From positions 1 through 63,050 of IMG/VR virus record IMGVR_UViG_3300043640_000027: a stretch of 63,050 bases of DNA; one strand, 5' to 3'. A program made the position numbers and the translations under genes. This stretch comes from a virus. Each line of letters begins with the position of its first letter. Position 1 is the first letter of the stretch. The notes beneath the pieces were generated by a model. The model was not told the DNA's origin, did not search any database, and was given only the letters and a program-made list of their open reading frames with translations. Positions 39,066 to 48,849 of the stretch are shown one piece after another.

Positions 39066-42000
39066 TCAATCTTTGGGGAAGTCCGCCTGCGCCTTCTCTA
39101 TCGCTGCGCGCATCTGGGTATCCAACTGTTTGCGGACTAACTGTTTTCTAGTATCTGACATTAACTTATTATTCCGCAGTTCGTTTATTTTCTGTTGGTA
39201 CGCCTTGCGGGCATTATCCAGTGCGCGGTACGAAAGCAGTTCTTTCTTAAACTGCGGATCGCGAGATACGATCTGATCGGCCTGTGCTTTGGCTTGTGCA
39301 TCAGACGATCCATTATCCTTAGCTCGTGATACAATGGAGCTATACCGACGTCGGGAGTCTTGTAGCTGGTCAAGGGTATCATACATCTCATTCTGCATAT
39401 AATGACTTGTGTCTACATATACCTTGCTACCGCCCATACGGCTGGAGTCCGCCACGCCCGCATCGGTCTCCCTGCTACCTGCTACCTGCCGTATTAAATC
39501 ACTGGCCCACTGACCGCCGTAGTTCTGCGCGAAGTAGCGTATGTCTTCGGGAGCGTAGTCTACTTTATGGTCGGTACTATCCGCTAACCACTGCGCAATG
39601 TCCTTAAACACCCGCGGTGTGTTAGCCCGACCGGCATCACTGGGATACTGTCCACTACGTGTTTCCGTGTGTATAGACGAATCGAACGCCGTGGTGTTCC
39701 TACTAACGTCCACGACAGGCCGGACTATGGTAGGAGTAAACCCTAGGATATAGGACGCTAAGAAATTAGTAGGCGTATTGTCTTTGTTACCTGCGGGGGA
39801 TATAGGCCCGTTGCGCGCCAGAGTGTTCATGTAAATCTTAGCGGCTTCTTCTGGTTTAATGTGGCCGTTATTAACCGCCGCCATAAGTATGCCGGGGGCC
39901 ATCATTACTTGCGGCATACCTAGACCGATATTAATACCTATAATCTTACCATCTGGCCCCGGTATCATCATCTTCTGGGTTAGCAAGTTCCCATCTACTT
40001 TCTTAAGTTCGTCGTCACCTAGCATGGCCGCAGCAGCCATATATAGCCCCGCGCCTGCGGCACCTAAAAACCCCTGCCACGCAGCCATCTTTTTATAGTC
40101 TAGTCCGCCAGTCTTCTTAGTGAACGCACGGCGCATAGCATCTGCACTGGTCATACCCACACGGAAGAAGGCAAGCCAACTATTAATGCGACGCCCCTTG
40201 GTGCCAGAGTTGGAGTAGTCCAGCGTTCTGCGTACATCTACAGCGGCTTCTCGTTCGGGCACCCCCATTTCGACCTTAGTCTTAAATAAGGCCACACGAC
40301 CTACGCCTTCCAAGAAGTTAGCGTAGTTACCCGTGTACTCTAGGGCTTCTTGCCACGTCCACTTAGCTGCGTCCAGTACCCCGCCTACGTCCTGTAAGCG
40401 CCTCTGCATCAAGCGCTCTATACCCGCCACGTCGAACCCCTGCGTGAAGTAGTTAGCCCCGCCTGCGGCCTCAAAACGGCGTGTCCAACCCGCCCAGCTA
40501 TCCGGGGAGGCTTCGCCCATTTCGCGGGGCGTCTTGAGTCCTAGCGCCTTAAGTGCTTTGGGGTTATGCGCCAGTAGGTGCGGTAGCAGTGTGGGCAGGG
40601 CTTTATACGCCTGCAAGACATTGCCGTAATACTTACCCAGAGTCGGTAGAGAATTAAATGGGTTGTCGTGCTTAGTTACCGCGTCTGTAAGTGGTATGGT
40701 GGTTAAGTCACGCACAAAACCGCTGAACGTCTGCCAACCGGGGTGCAGCGTTGTATAGAGTCGTGCTAGCCCATTGGTGGGATGCGATAGCCATGATTCC
40801 ACGACATTAGGCTTTTCTACTTCGTTCAGCTTTAGAAGTCCCCGCATTAATTGGGAATCTTTCGGTGCAGTAATGACGTAGTGCGTATCCCCATCGTTAA
40901 CTATAAAGCCGTTCATGGGAGCCTTTAATCTGTCTACCTGCTCGCCTGTCTTGGTATTCGTGAATCCGTCTTTATAGCCGCCCTCAAACGCGTGGACTTG
41001 ATAGCCGGACTTAGAATCCGCATCCATTATGTCTGTAGTCAGTTCATAGGCGGTGTTCTTAAGATGCGCATCAGCTTGTGCTGATCCAGCACGGGTCATA
41101 TCGGCGAATAGCCGAGCAAAGGGACGCTCCGCAAAACTAGTGCGTCCTTCCATGGCCTTCATCTGCTTATTTAATCTGGCAAGGGCTATGTTCTTGGTGG
41201 GTATCATGTCGAAGTTTGCGGCATCCGCTCCGTAGGCCGACCCCTTAAGCGGGACTTGCCATTTCCAGCCGTAGTAGTCAGAATACGGATCGTCCGCAGT
41301 GAACTTACCTGCGGCTATTAAACGTTCTGTCGTTCTAGCCCTAGCTAAATCCATCAGTTTATTTAGGTCGCCCATAGACTTCTGATCCATGCCGCTTTCA
41401 TCGGCTAGCTTCTTAAGCTCGGCCTTGAGCGTGTCTACTGGCATACCCTCGTGCGTCATCCACTCTTCGGGGGTATATTCTGCGTGCTTGTTAGCTAAAG
41501 CCACAATCTGTTTTCGTGCCTCAGTTCCGGAAATCTCCCCGCTACGCATGCTATCTAGCACATCTGCACGGTCTAGCGTGCCCTCAAGTCCTAGCGGCGA
41601 TTCGTTATACCAACTTGTGTACCCACGCTCTAGCCAGTTAGTATTATGGAAGAACTTATTAACTTTCGTCAGCATTTCCGGCATGTTCTTCGCGAACTTA
41701 TGCTGGTTATCGTACATCCAATTCTCGGAAGGGGCATACGCTTCGGCTAAATCTTTATTATTATACTCACTCTGTAAGCCATTCTTCGCCGACGCCGCGC
41801 GGTCTACATCATTACTTTCAGTTATCTTTACCCCTAACTTGCGGGCGTTCTGTACGGCCTTCTCTAGCCCATGCCCCGCCGAAGCGTAGCTTTCAATAAA
41901 GTGCTGCCCTGTGGTTATTGCCCCAAGATTCTTGTTAGAGTTCTTAGCGCGTACTACTGGGGCCTCTTTCTGTAGTGTGGCGTCTACGTCGGAATTTTCC

Positions 42001-45000
42001 GCAGTCTCGTAACCTAGGGCTTCGTCGGAAGGGTCTTCCCCTTCCTGTTCTGGGTCTATCTTCTTTTCGTCATTAAAAGACTTACGCTTACTAGCCAGCA
42101 TCTTAGGATTATAGTCTTCCCCTCTAGTTTTAAGGGTATCATTAATAGCCTTAATCACAGCGCTATTACTATCTAATCCTAGCAGAGATTTTACATGCTG
42201 GACAAACTCTTTCATCCACGTCTGTAGTCTAGCACGGACTGATCCTGCCTCATAGCGCCCTTCCAGTATACGTGTACCTTCTACAGCAAAATACTCACTA
42301 GGGTTGCTGTATTTATAGTATTCGTCGTAGGGAATATCTTTCTGCTGGGTACGCATAAGCAGCGACATTTCCCGCTGCCCTTCGGCAGATGGATGCGCGT
42401 AACCTTCTATGGCTAGCTGTATATATCGCTGCGCAGTCTTATTGCCGGACTTCACCACCTGTTTGTATTTATTCTGTAGGCGCCCTAAGTATTCTCCACG
42501 TATATTATCCTGTAGCTCAGACGGCATTAACTGTTCTGCGCTATGCAGAATTTCGTGTACCGCCGTGCCGGTATTAGTATTCTTGGAGTTAATAGACACT
42601 AGACGTTCAGACGGAATAAACTGACCCACTGCACCTTCCCCATCTTTACCTATACTACGAATACGCAGCGCGAGATAGTTAGCTAGATTCGGGTTCTTCT
42701 CTAGCAGCCATAGACCGAACTTACCCGCTTCGTAATGGTCACTACCCTCTGCATTATCCGAAATCATTTTCTGTAGGCGGGAACGTACATACTCCACACC
42801 GCGACGTTCGGGACGTACCGCATCACGTAGTCTGCGTTCCATCGTTGACTTTTCCATGTCATCGCGTAGACGCTGTAGCTTCTTGCCTGTCTCGTGTATA
42901 TCCGCACCTTCGCGAACTTCGTCCACGATCTTGCCCACGCGGCGCTTAACCTGTACGGGCGCTACACGATCTGGGGCTAGATCGGACTTAGCCGCACTCT
43001 TACGACTGGTATCATTTAGCGCTTCGGCCTCTTCAAAGCTAGGCTTCTGGACTTCGTCATGTACGCCATTTAATTCTTCGCGGGCACGATTAATCTTACC
43101 GCTAGCAACTTCGCGGCTTATATCATCGCCGTGTGAAAGTACAGTCCACTCATCTTTACCCACTCCGCGCTGCACTACGACTTCACCTGCACGGGCATGG
43201 GTATCTACGGCATCTACGCCATGCATGGGTTCGACTGATCCATCACGTCGAATTATAGCGCGCGTCTGCCCACTAGTCTTTTCATCGGCTAAGCGGTGTT
43301 GGGCTTCTAGGGACGCGCTGGACTCGCCGCTGGCGTTGTTCTGAATATCCTCTAAGGGATTTTCTTTGCCTAGCGTCTTGAGCCATTTAATGTCGGCTTC
43401 GCTTACTTCACCATCATTAGCACGTAGCCCTGCGATTTCGTCTAGCAATTTATTACTATCGCCCATCCTAGCTTCGGACACGGCATCATGTATTGAGTCT
43501 AGACGTTTTAGCGGGAGCCTACTTCCGAATCGTTTACGTAACTGCGATTCTAGCGGAGTGGCCCCGGCTTCATCAGTCGGGGCTTCGGCTTTTGGGCTTT
43601 TGGGTTGCCTCTTTAGTGTTTTCTTAGGCTCCGCTACCGGCTCTATATTAGTCTTCTTAAGCTTGCTACCTTTCGGTTTAGTAGGCGGAGTTTCATCAGG
43701 ATTAGCGACAGGTTCTATATTAGCTTTGCCTTTACCTAATCCTTTCTTAGCCGGTGCGGGTGTTTCTGCACCGTTAAATGTGTTGGCTAGCTTCTGCAAG
43801 TGAGTCATAGCCTGCGCTACAGTCATCTGCTTAACTGCGGCTGGGTCTTCGCCTAACTTAGTTAGCGGGTCTACCAGATTGTCGCGCACAGCTTTGCGAG
43901 CCTGCACTATCTCAGACTTTGTACTCTTGCTACCTAGTAGCGCGCCTATCTGTTTATTCTCGTGTCCAGCTAAGGCGTCCCCAACTGTATTAGTTCCCTT
44001 CTGCTCTTTCAGGAACCGGCCCACGTCTTCGGCAGATGTTATCTTGCCTTGGCGCATGGCTTCGGACGCAGCATTAAATGCCGGGTCTTGGCGAAGCGCG
44101 GTTTCGGATGCATCTGCGGGGGCACTATCTCTATTAGCTAGAGCTTTAAGATACGCTTGATTGTACTGCTTCTCAGTCTGCTGCTTAACAGTAGCCTTAA
44201 GCTTATTCTTCTGCGTCTCGGGTGTAGATGTATCGGCTAATACTTCCGTAACTGTATCTGCTACAGCTTTCTTAGTCGTTTCAGCACTAGGCGCGATCGG
44301 TTCGGCCACAACTTTAGCTGCGGTCTTAGCCTTTAACTTATTGCCTTTTGCTGAATTAGATGCGGCCGTGTCTATTAGACCGTCGAACTGTTCGCGACTG
44401 GTTATCTTACCTGCTGTTACTGCATCGCGTAACATTTTCAGCGAAGGCGATAATGGCCCCTGTTCTGTAGGCTCAGTAGCGCGTGCCCACAAAGCATCAT
44501 ACTTCGTATTCGGAGTATATTCAGAAATCGGCGCGGTAGCTTGCGGTACGGTATCTGGTACTTGCTGTCCTTGAATGTCGGAAGGTAACGGCTGCTCCGT
44601 AATAGGTGGCGCGGTATTTGTAGGTTCTGCGGGATTACGTAGAGTCTGTAGATGGGCATCTATGGACTCCATATCTACTTTGGCTTTCTTACCCAACCAC
44701 GCGGCCATTGTATCTACAGTCTGGGCGCGTTGATCGCCACTTAGAGCGTCCCATTGCTTGCCCGTAAAACGCTGCGCGAGCGTCCACGCGTTCTGCGCTA
44801 TCTTTTCTGGGGTATTGGACGCTTTAATGGACGCCGCGACCGCAGCTTTCTTAGCCGCTGTATTAGCTTTCTCTAGCGCCGCAGCCTGCAACTTAATAAA
44901 TGCTGGTGTCTCAATACCCTCTGCCGGAGCGGTGTTAAGCATGATTTGGTAGAAGTCAATCGGCGTGCTTGTCGGCTTCGCGCCGTCCCCGGTCGGGGGC

Positions 45001-46376
45001 GTACCCTCTGGGGCTGCGCCTGCGTTCGCTGGCGGGGTTTCGCCGCCTGTCTGTGTGGGTTCGGGTGCGCTACCCTCTTTGCCGCCCTTGAGGACGTTCC
45101 CACCCTTGCCGCCGAGCAACACCGCCATAGCGGCCTGCAAGCCGATCTGCGTTATACCTAGCGGGCTAGTAAGTGGGTTTTCCACTTTGTTGTTCGGGTT
45201 AACGGCAGCGTCTAAATTCTGCTGCGCTAATGTCTGCGCAGTACCTATGCCCGCGCCTGCTACAGCACGAAGGATCTTACTACCACTGCTTATGCTACCC
45301 GGCATGCCCATAAACGCTAGGTTAGCAGGTAGGTCTACCCCAAACTGCTTTAGTACGTCTGCTTGACTATCGCCGCGATTCTGATTAGCTGTAGCTTGCT
45401 GGTCGGTTATCTTCAATGCCAGCGGGGATTGCTCCGCTACATTAAGTCCGAACTTCGCAAGTTTACTAGCGCCCGCTGCGGCTCCCGGTAGGTTACCTAC
45501 TTTCTTTGTAAGTATCGCCTGCGCCAATAGACCTGCTACATCGCCTGTGACGGCGCCATACGGGTTTGTTTTATACGCATAGTCGGACAGTTGCTTTTGC
45601 ACCCCACCTACACCCGGTACATTACTATTCTTACCCGCCCCTTGTGCTTCTAGTTTAGTCTGTAGGTCTTTATATGCAGGATCGCCATAGTTATGGCCCA
45701 TGATTAGCTTGGCAAAGTCTTGGCCGGCTTGTTGATCTGTCTTGCCAGACGAAATCGTATTTGGGTCTACGCCATACTTAAACAGTGCATCTGATACTGC
45801 GTTAGGAGCATTACCACCTAACGAGGTTAAGCCGCCTAATGCTTTGGCGGCGAATGCTGCGGTTCCCGGCACTACTTGGTTAAATGCTTCTGTACCTGCG
45901 GCACCTAGAAAATTTCCGACGCCATTAGAATGCGCAGCCGCAGCGGCCTGCGCCGCATAACGCTGCTCACGTAGATGCTGCACTTGATTATCGAATGAAG
46001 CCACCTCTGCTTCCACATTGGCTTTCTTGCCCTTGAACTGAGCATTAAGCGCTGGGACGGCATAGTTAGTCTTATAGTCATTCGTAAACTTATCGAATTC
46101 TTCCGGTGTGAGCGGACGACCTAGACCTGTTTCAGCATTCTTTAGTACTGCCAGAAACGGCGGCGGATGTGAACCGGGCGGTAGTGCATCAGGCGCGGTT
46201 GAGGTCTGCGCAGCCGGTTGAGGTGCGTAGTTAACGGGAGCCGGTAAAGTTGGCCCTGTAAACTGTTGCGGCGCGACCTCTTGGTATCCGGCTGGCGCTG
46301 CGAATTGCGTGGGCTGCAACCCCGGCGGCGGTAAACCTGCGGGCGGTACATTAAAACTCTGTAGTCCATCGGCCAT
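39066..46376 (-). CDS. giant virion-associated multidomain protein (2436 aa) with zincin-like HExxH domain and C-terminal TM segments; putative ejected/internal protein
   Basis: Last gene of the structural operon. Pro-rich N-terminus and Gly/Ala-rich region. Internal repeats (KxNIEPVAxP twice; GKITS(R/A)E modules). HEILH at residues 1274-1278 with SNPSEYFAVEG about 85 aa downstream. Hydrophobic segments AAWQGFLGAAGAGLYMAAAAMLG and GLGMPQVMMAPGILMAAV. Confidence 0.6.
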   Translation of the reverse strand: MADGLQSFNVPPAGLPPPGLQPTQFAAPAGYQEVAPQQFTGPTLPAPVNYAPQPAAQTSTAPDALPPGSHPPPFLAVLKNAETGLGRPLTPEEFDKFTNDYKTNYAVPALNAQFKGKKANVEAEVASFDNQVQHLREQRYAAQAAAAAHSNGVGNFLGAAGTEAFNQVVPGTAAFAAKALGGLTSLGGNAPNAVSDALFKYGVDPNTISSGKTDQQAGQDFAKLIMGHNYGDPAYKDLQTKLEAQGAGKNSNVPGVGGVQKQLSDYAYKTNPYGAVTGDVAGLLAQAILTKKVGNLPGAAAGASKLAKFGLNVAEQSPLALKITDQQATANQNRGDSQADVLKQFGVDLPANLAFMGMPGSISSGSKILRAVAGAGIGTAQTLAQQNLDAAVNPNNKVENPLTSPLGITQIGLQAAMAVLLGGKGGNVLKGGKEGSAPEPTQTGGETPPANAGAAPEGTPPTGDGAKPTSTPIDFYQIMLNTAPAEGIETPAFIKLQAAALEKANTAAKKAAVAASIKASNTPEKIAQNAWTLAQRFTGKQWDALSGDQRAQTVDTMAAWLGKKAKVDMESIDAHLQTLRNPAEPTNTAPPITEQPLPSDIQGQQVPDTVPQATAPISEYTPNTKYDALWARATEPTEQGPLSPSLKMLRDAVTAGKITSREQFDGLIDTAASNSAKGNKLKAKTAAKVVAEPIAPSAETTKKAVADTVTEVLADTSTPETQKNKLKATVKQQTEKQYNQAYLKALANRDSAPADASETALRQDPAFNAASEAMRQGKITSAEDVGRFLKEQKGTNTVGDALAGHENKQIGALLGSKSTKSEIVQARKAVRDNLVDPLTKLGEDPAAVKQMTVAQAMTHLQKLANTFNGAETPAPAKKGLGKGKANIEPVANPDETPPTKPKGSKLKKTNIEPVAEPKKTLKRQPKSPKAEAPTDEAGATPLESQLRKRFGSRLPLKRLDSIHDAVSEARMGDSNKLLDEIAGLRANDGEVSEADIKWLKTLGKENPLEDIQNNASGESSASLEAQHRLADEKTSGQTRAIIRRDGSVEPMHGVDAVDTHARAGEVVVQRGVGKDEWTVLSHGDDISREVASGKINRAREELNGVHDEVQKPSFEEAEALNDTSRKSAAKSDLAPDRVAPVQVKRRVGKIVDEVREGADIHETGKKLQRLRDDMEKSTMERRLRDAVRPERRGVEYVRSRLQKMISDNAEGSDHYEAGKFGLWLLEKNPNLANYLALRIRSIGKDGEGAVGQFIPSERLVSINSKNTNTGTAVHEILHSAEQLMPSELQDNIRGEYLGRLQNKYKQVVKSGNKTAQRYIQLAIEGYAHPSAEGQREMSLLMRTQQKDIPYDEYYKYSNPSEYFAVEGTRILEGRYEAGSVRARLQTWMKEFVQHVKSLLGLDSNSAVIKAINDTLKTRGEDYNPKMLASKRKSFNDEKKIDPEQEGEDPSDEALGYETAENSDVDATLQKEAPVVRAKNSNKNLGAITTGQHFIESYASAGHGLEKAVQNARKLGVKITESNDVDRAASAKNGLQSEYNNKDLAEAYAPSENWMYDNQHKFAKNMPEMLTKVNKFFHNTNWLERGYTSWYNESPLGLEGTLDRADVLDSMRSGEISGTEARKQIVALANKHAEYTPEEWMTHEGMPVDTLKAELKKLADESGMDQKSMGDLNKLMDLARARTTERLIAAGKFTADDPYSDYYGWKWQVPLKGSAYGADAANFDMIPTKNIALARLNKQMKAMEGRTSFAERPFARLFADMTRAGSAQADAHLKNTAYELTTDIMDADSKSGYQVHAFEGGYKDGFTNTKTGEQVDRLKAPMNGFIVNDGDTHYVITAPKDSQLMRGLLKLNEVEKPNVVESWLSHPTNGLARLYTTLHPGWQTFSGFVRDLTTIPLTDAVTKHDNPFNSLPTLGKYYGNVLQAYKALPTLLPHLLAHNPKALKALGLKTPREMGEASPDSWAGWTRRFEAAGGANYFTQGFDVAGIERLMQRRLQDVGGVLDAAKWTWQEALEYTGNYANFLEGVGRVALFKTKVEMGVPEREAAVDVRRTLDYSNSGTKGRRINSWLAFFRVGMTSADAMRRAFTKKTGGLDYKKMAAWQGFLGAAGAGLYMAAAAMLGDDELKKVDGNLLTQKMMIPGPDGKIIGINIGLGMPQVMMAPGILMAAVNNGHIKPEEAAKIYMNTLARNGPISPAGNKDNTPTNFLASYILGFTPTIVRPVVDVSRNTTAFDSSIHTETRSGQYPSDAGRANTPRVFKDIAQWLADSTDHKVDYAPEDIRYFAQNYGGQWASDLIRQVAGSRETDAGVADSSRMGGSKVYVDTSHYMQNEMYDTLDQLQDSRRRYSSIVSRAKDNGSSDAQAKAQADQIVSRDPQFKKELLSYRALDNARKAYQQKINELRNNKLMSDTRKQLVRKQLDTQMRAAIEKAQADFPKD

Positions 46377-46696
46377 TAGACTGATTCCAGCAATTTACGC
46401 AGATAGTTACGGATGGTCTTTGGTTCTTTAGTATTCAATCGTGCGCCAAAACTAGGTTTAAGTAGGTCGAACGGTTCTGTTCCGTCCGGCACTACCACTG
46501 CTAAGTCCATGCCGTACTGGTTGTCTAACTCTGTGATATTATCCTTCGGGAAGAACATATCTACATCGTCTCTATTATTGTGCCGCCCCATACCAAAGTA
46601 TTTAGGGTTTTGACCCTTCATATCTTTAGTACCTTCGATCGCTTTATCTCGCATTATATTAAATGCACCTAGCCCTTCTTGCAGGCTAGTAGACAT
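46376..46696 (-). CDS. hypothetical virion-module protein
   Basis: ATG 46696 (1 nt after the upstream stop) chosen; an alternative ATG 46723 is possible. The stop overlaps the start of the giant gene. Confidence 0.55.
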   Translation of the reverse strand: MSTSLQEGLGAFNIMRDKAIEGTKDMKGQNPKYFGMGRHNNRDDVDMFFPKDNITELDNQYGMDLAVVVPDGTEPFDLLKPSFGARLNTKEPKTIRNYLRKLLESV

Positions 46697-46697
46697 T

Positions 46698-47327
46698 TTA
46701 TTCCCTGTTCGCAAGATATTCATCTAGTCCAGCCTCTAATGGTGTGCCTTTTGTTACGTATCGAACATACGATAGTACGGGTTTAACTGCTTTGCCATGT
46801 ACGCTAAATGGTTTATCCCACTTAGTAGGATCGTTGGCTAGTGCAGGTAGGTAGTGCGCTGCTATAGCTTTATATGGATCACCGTCATATGTAGCTAGTC
46901 TATGTACTATATCTTCGCGAAATCTTTGGTCTTGTACAGCTGGTGGAGCTAGAGCCGCTTTAGGGTATCCACCATAATTATTCCACGTAGAGTCGGTATA
47001 TTGGTACGCGCCGCTAGCAGAACTCTTAGGATTAACCGCTTGGTAGTTATCCGTAGATTCTCTAGCCTTAATAATCTTGGTAAGCGTTTTAGCCATTCCC
47101 GCAGAACTATCGTCTGGCCGAGTCGGGCCTAAAGACGCGTCATAGGGAGTAATCCCCCGGTTTCCGTACTGCGGTAAACTTACCACGTTATTATTCGGTA
47201 CAGGAGGCATATAGTCATCCATGCCTATACTCGCATCCGTAGCTGTTTGCTGTGGTTGCGGTCGTTGCCCTTCTGCGAGATTAAACAGGTTCTGCTGCGA
47301 CACAAAATCCTGCACCGGATCAGCCAT
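46698..47327 (-). CDS. virion-associated lysozyme-like/transglycosylase-like protein (putative)
   Basis: SASGAYQYTDSTWNNYGGY resembles the G-x-Y-Q-F...(S/T)-W signature of transglycosylase-like domains. Located among internal-protein-like genes. Confidence 0.45.
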   Translation of the reverse strand: MADPVQDFVSQQNLFNLAEGQRPQPQQTATDASIGMDDYMPPVPNNNVVSLPQYGNRGITPYDASLGPTRPDDSSAGMAKTLTKIIKARESTDNYQAVNPKSSASGAYQYTDSTWNNYGGYPKAALAPPAVQDQRFREDIVHRLATYDGDPYKAIAAHYLPALANDPTKWDKPFSVHGKAVKPVLSYVRYVTKGTPLEAGLDEYLANRE

Positions 47328-48094
47328 TACAGTCCGCCCCCTAAATTGTAGTCCCCTAGATTATCCGCCGCTGGCTGTTGCTGCGGCTGGGGCTGGGCTT
47401 GAGGCGGTGCATAGTAACTAGGGTCAGATAGATCGTTAGGCATGCCGCTACCAAATAGCGATCCACCATTAATGCCCCCTGCGTTCTGGTAGTACCGGCC
47501 CATTGCCCCGTACATACGCGCATCTTGCCCTGTAGCATAGGCGTCATTACGTGTGGCGGTATTCTGTAGCATTCCAGACTGATACATCTGCTGATTCTGT
47601 AACTGGCGAGCTTGTATATCTCGATTCCAGTTTAAGTAGTCTAGCACATGCTGGCTTAGATTAGGCTGCTCCGATACCGGGACGGGATTGCCATTTGCGC
47701 CATTCATAAATAGCGTTGTGGTCGGAGGCCCATTACCCGTAGACACATTAGCAGGCTGCACACCGAAATACTGGTACGCTAAATGTTCTAATGGTGCTGG
47801 AGTATTAAACATCTGCGCAAAATCGCCTGCCTGCCTGTGCAGTGTATCGTATCTGTTTGCCCGCGCTGTGTCTAACGCATAGGGCGCTAACGCCTGCTGA
47901 TACGGTAGTGTCGTTTTACCTAGTTGGTCTTCGCGCTGAATGGCCGCAAGTCGATACGGCGCTATGGTATTAAAATCATAGTCCTGCGCACGGGCTTGAC
48001 GTACCGCACCCTCTTGCTGAATCTGTCGGCCTGCGCCTTGGTCGAAACCTTGCGTGTAAGAGCCGAACGGATCGAACATAACTTGACGTGCCAT
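47327..48094 (-). CDS. hypothetical virion protein (Gln/Asn/Tyr-rich)
   Basis: 255-aa ORF with stop/start overlaps on both sides. Confidence 0.65.
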   Translation of the reverse strand: MARQVMFDPFGSYTQGFDQGAGRQIQQEGAVRQARAQDYDFNTIAPYRLAAIQREDQLGKTTLPYQQALAPYALDTARANRYDTLHRQAGDFAQMFNTPAPLEHLAYQYFGVQPANVSTGNGPPTTTLFMNGANGNPVPVSEQPNLSQHVLDYLNWNRDIQARQLQNQQMYQSGMLQNTATRNDAYATGQDARMYGAMGRYYQNAGGINGGSLFGSGMPNDLSDPSYYAPPQAQPQPQQQPAADNLGDYNLGGGL

Positions 48095-48849
48095 TATCTA
48101 TTTACTCCGTTCGTAGCTTTCTTGACTTGGTTTCTAGCGTCATTACTACCGCTATACGCAGCATATCCATTACCTATGGTAGCCACTGCGTCACCTAGAG
48201 AATCGTAACTGCTAGCTAGTGACGATACAGACGCGGCTAGCCCGTCTCTAACTATATTACCCATACCGATACCCACATTAACTACAGCCACTTTGCGATT
48301 AAATGCGCGGTTATTATGGTCATCAGCCCAATTAAGTTCGTAGCGTATGCCTGCGTTCCAGCCTGCGGTTACCGCGTGCGCTCGCGCTATACCCATATCG
48401 TAGTCAAGACGGCGCTGTTGGCCGATATTATACTTAGGGATTAGTCGTCTGGCTTGATACCATTGCCTATCTACTGAGTTAACCTTAGCAATAGCCGCTG
48501 GTACAGATGCATAATAATCATAATTGTAAGTAGGATTAAGCGCACCGAAAGCTTCATTTGCTGTGCTACCGATAGCGGGCTGGTGGACGTTCTGGAAGAA
48601 CTGGTAGTCTTTCTTATTAACGTCGTAGTAGTCGTTAGCAAGGTCTGTGGCTTTGCGCTTTAGTGCGACTTCTGCGATGGACACTGCAAGTAGCGCAAGG
48701 CCGCGCATACCACCTTTATTAATCGACTGCGTAAGGCTAGCCACGGATGGACCGTCAGCCATGAACTGATTTTGTGTTGTGCCCGTATAGCCATTCTGCC
48801 CCGTATTTGGAGCCGTCGCTTGCGTAGTATTAGGAGTAGTAGTAGCCAT
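48094..48849 (-). CDS. hypothetical virion protein
   Basis: 251-aa ORF, coupled. Confidence 0.65.
   Translation of the reverse strand: MATTTPNTTQATAPNTGQNGYTGTTQNQFMADGPSVASLTQSINKGGMRGLALLAVSIAEVALKRKATDLANDYYDVNKKDYQFFQNVHQPAIGSTANEAFGALNPTYNYDYYASVPAAIAKVNSVDRQWYQARRLIPKYNIGQQRRLDYDMGIARAHAVTAGWNAGIRYELNWADDHNNRAFNRKVAVVNVGIGMGNIVRDGLAASVSSLASSYDSLGDAVATIGNGYAAYSGSNDARNQVKKATNGVNR

Noticed and set aside
39073-45960. Many plus-strand ORFs (e.g. 41389..41889, 42856..43344, 43366..43803, 44161..44574, 44965..45366) inside the giant gene
   Set aside because: All are antisense to a single uninterrupted 7.3-kb ORF, are Ser/Leu/Ala-rich, and lack starts with an RBS. They are shadow ORFs.
39066-46376. 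Giant protein as an N4-like virion RNA polymerase, or as a tape-measure protein
   Set aside because: I could not find T7-like RNAP motifs (T/DxxGR, Rx3Kx7YG, catalytic D pairs in context). The gene order (last in the operon, after internal-protein-like genes, no tube, sheath or chaperone genes) does not fit a tape measure. I left it as an unknown ejected multidomain protein.
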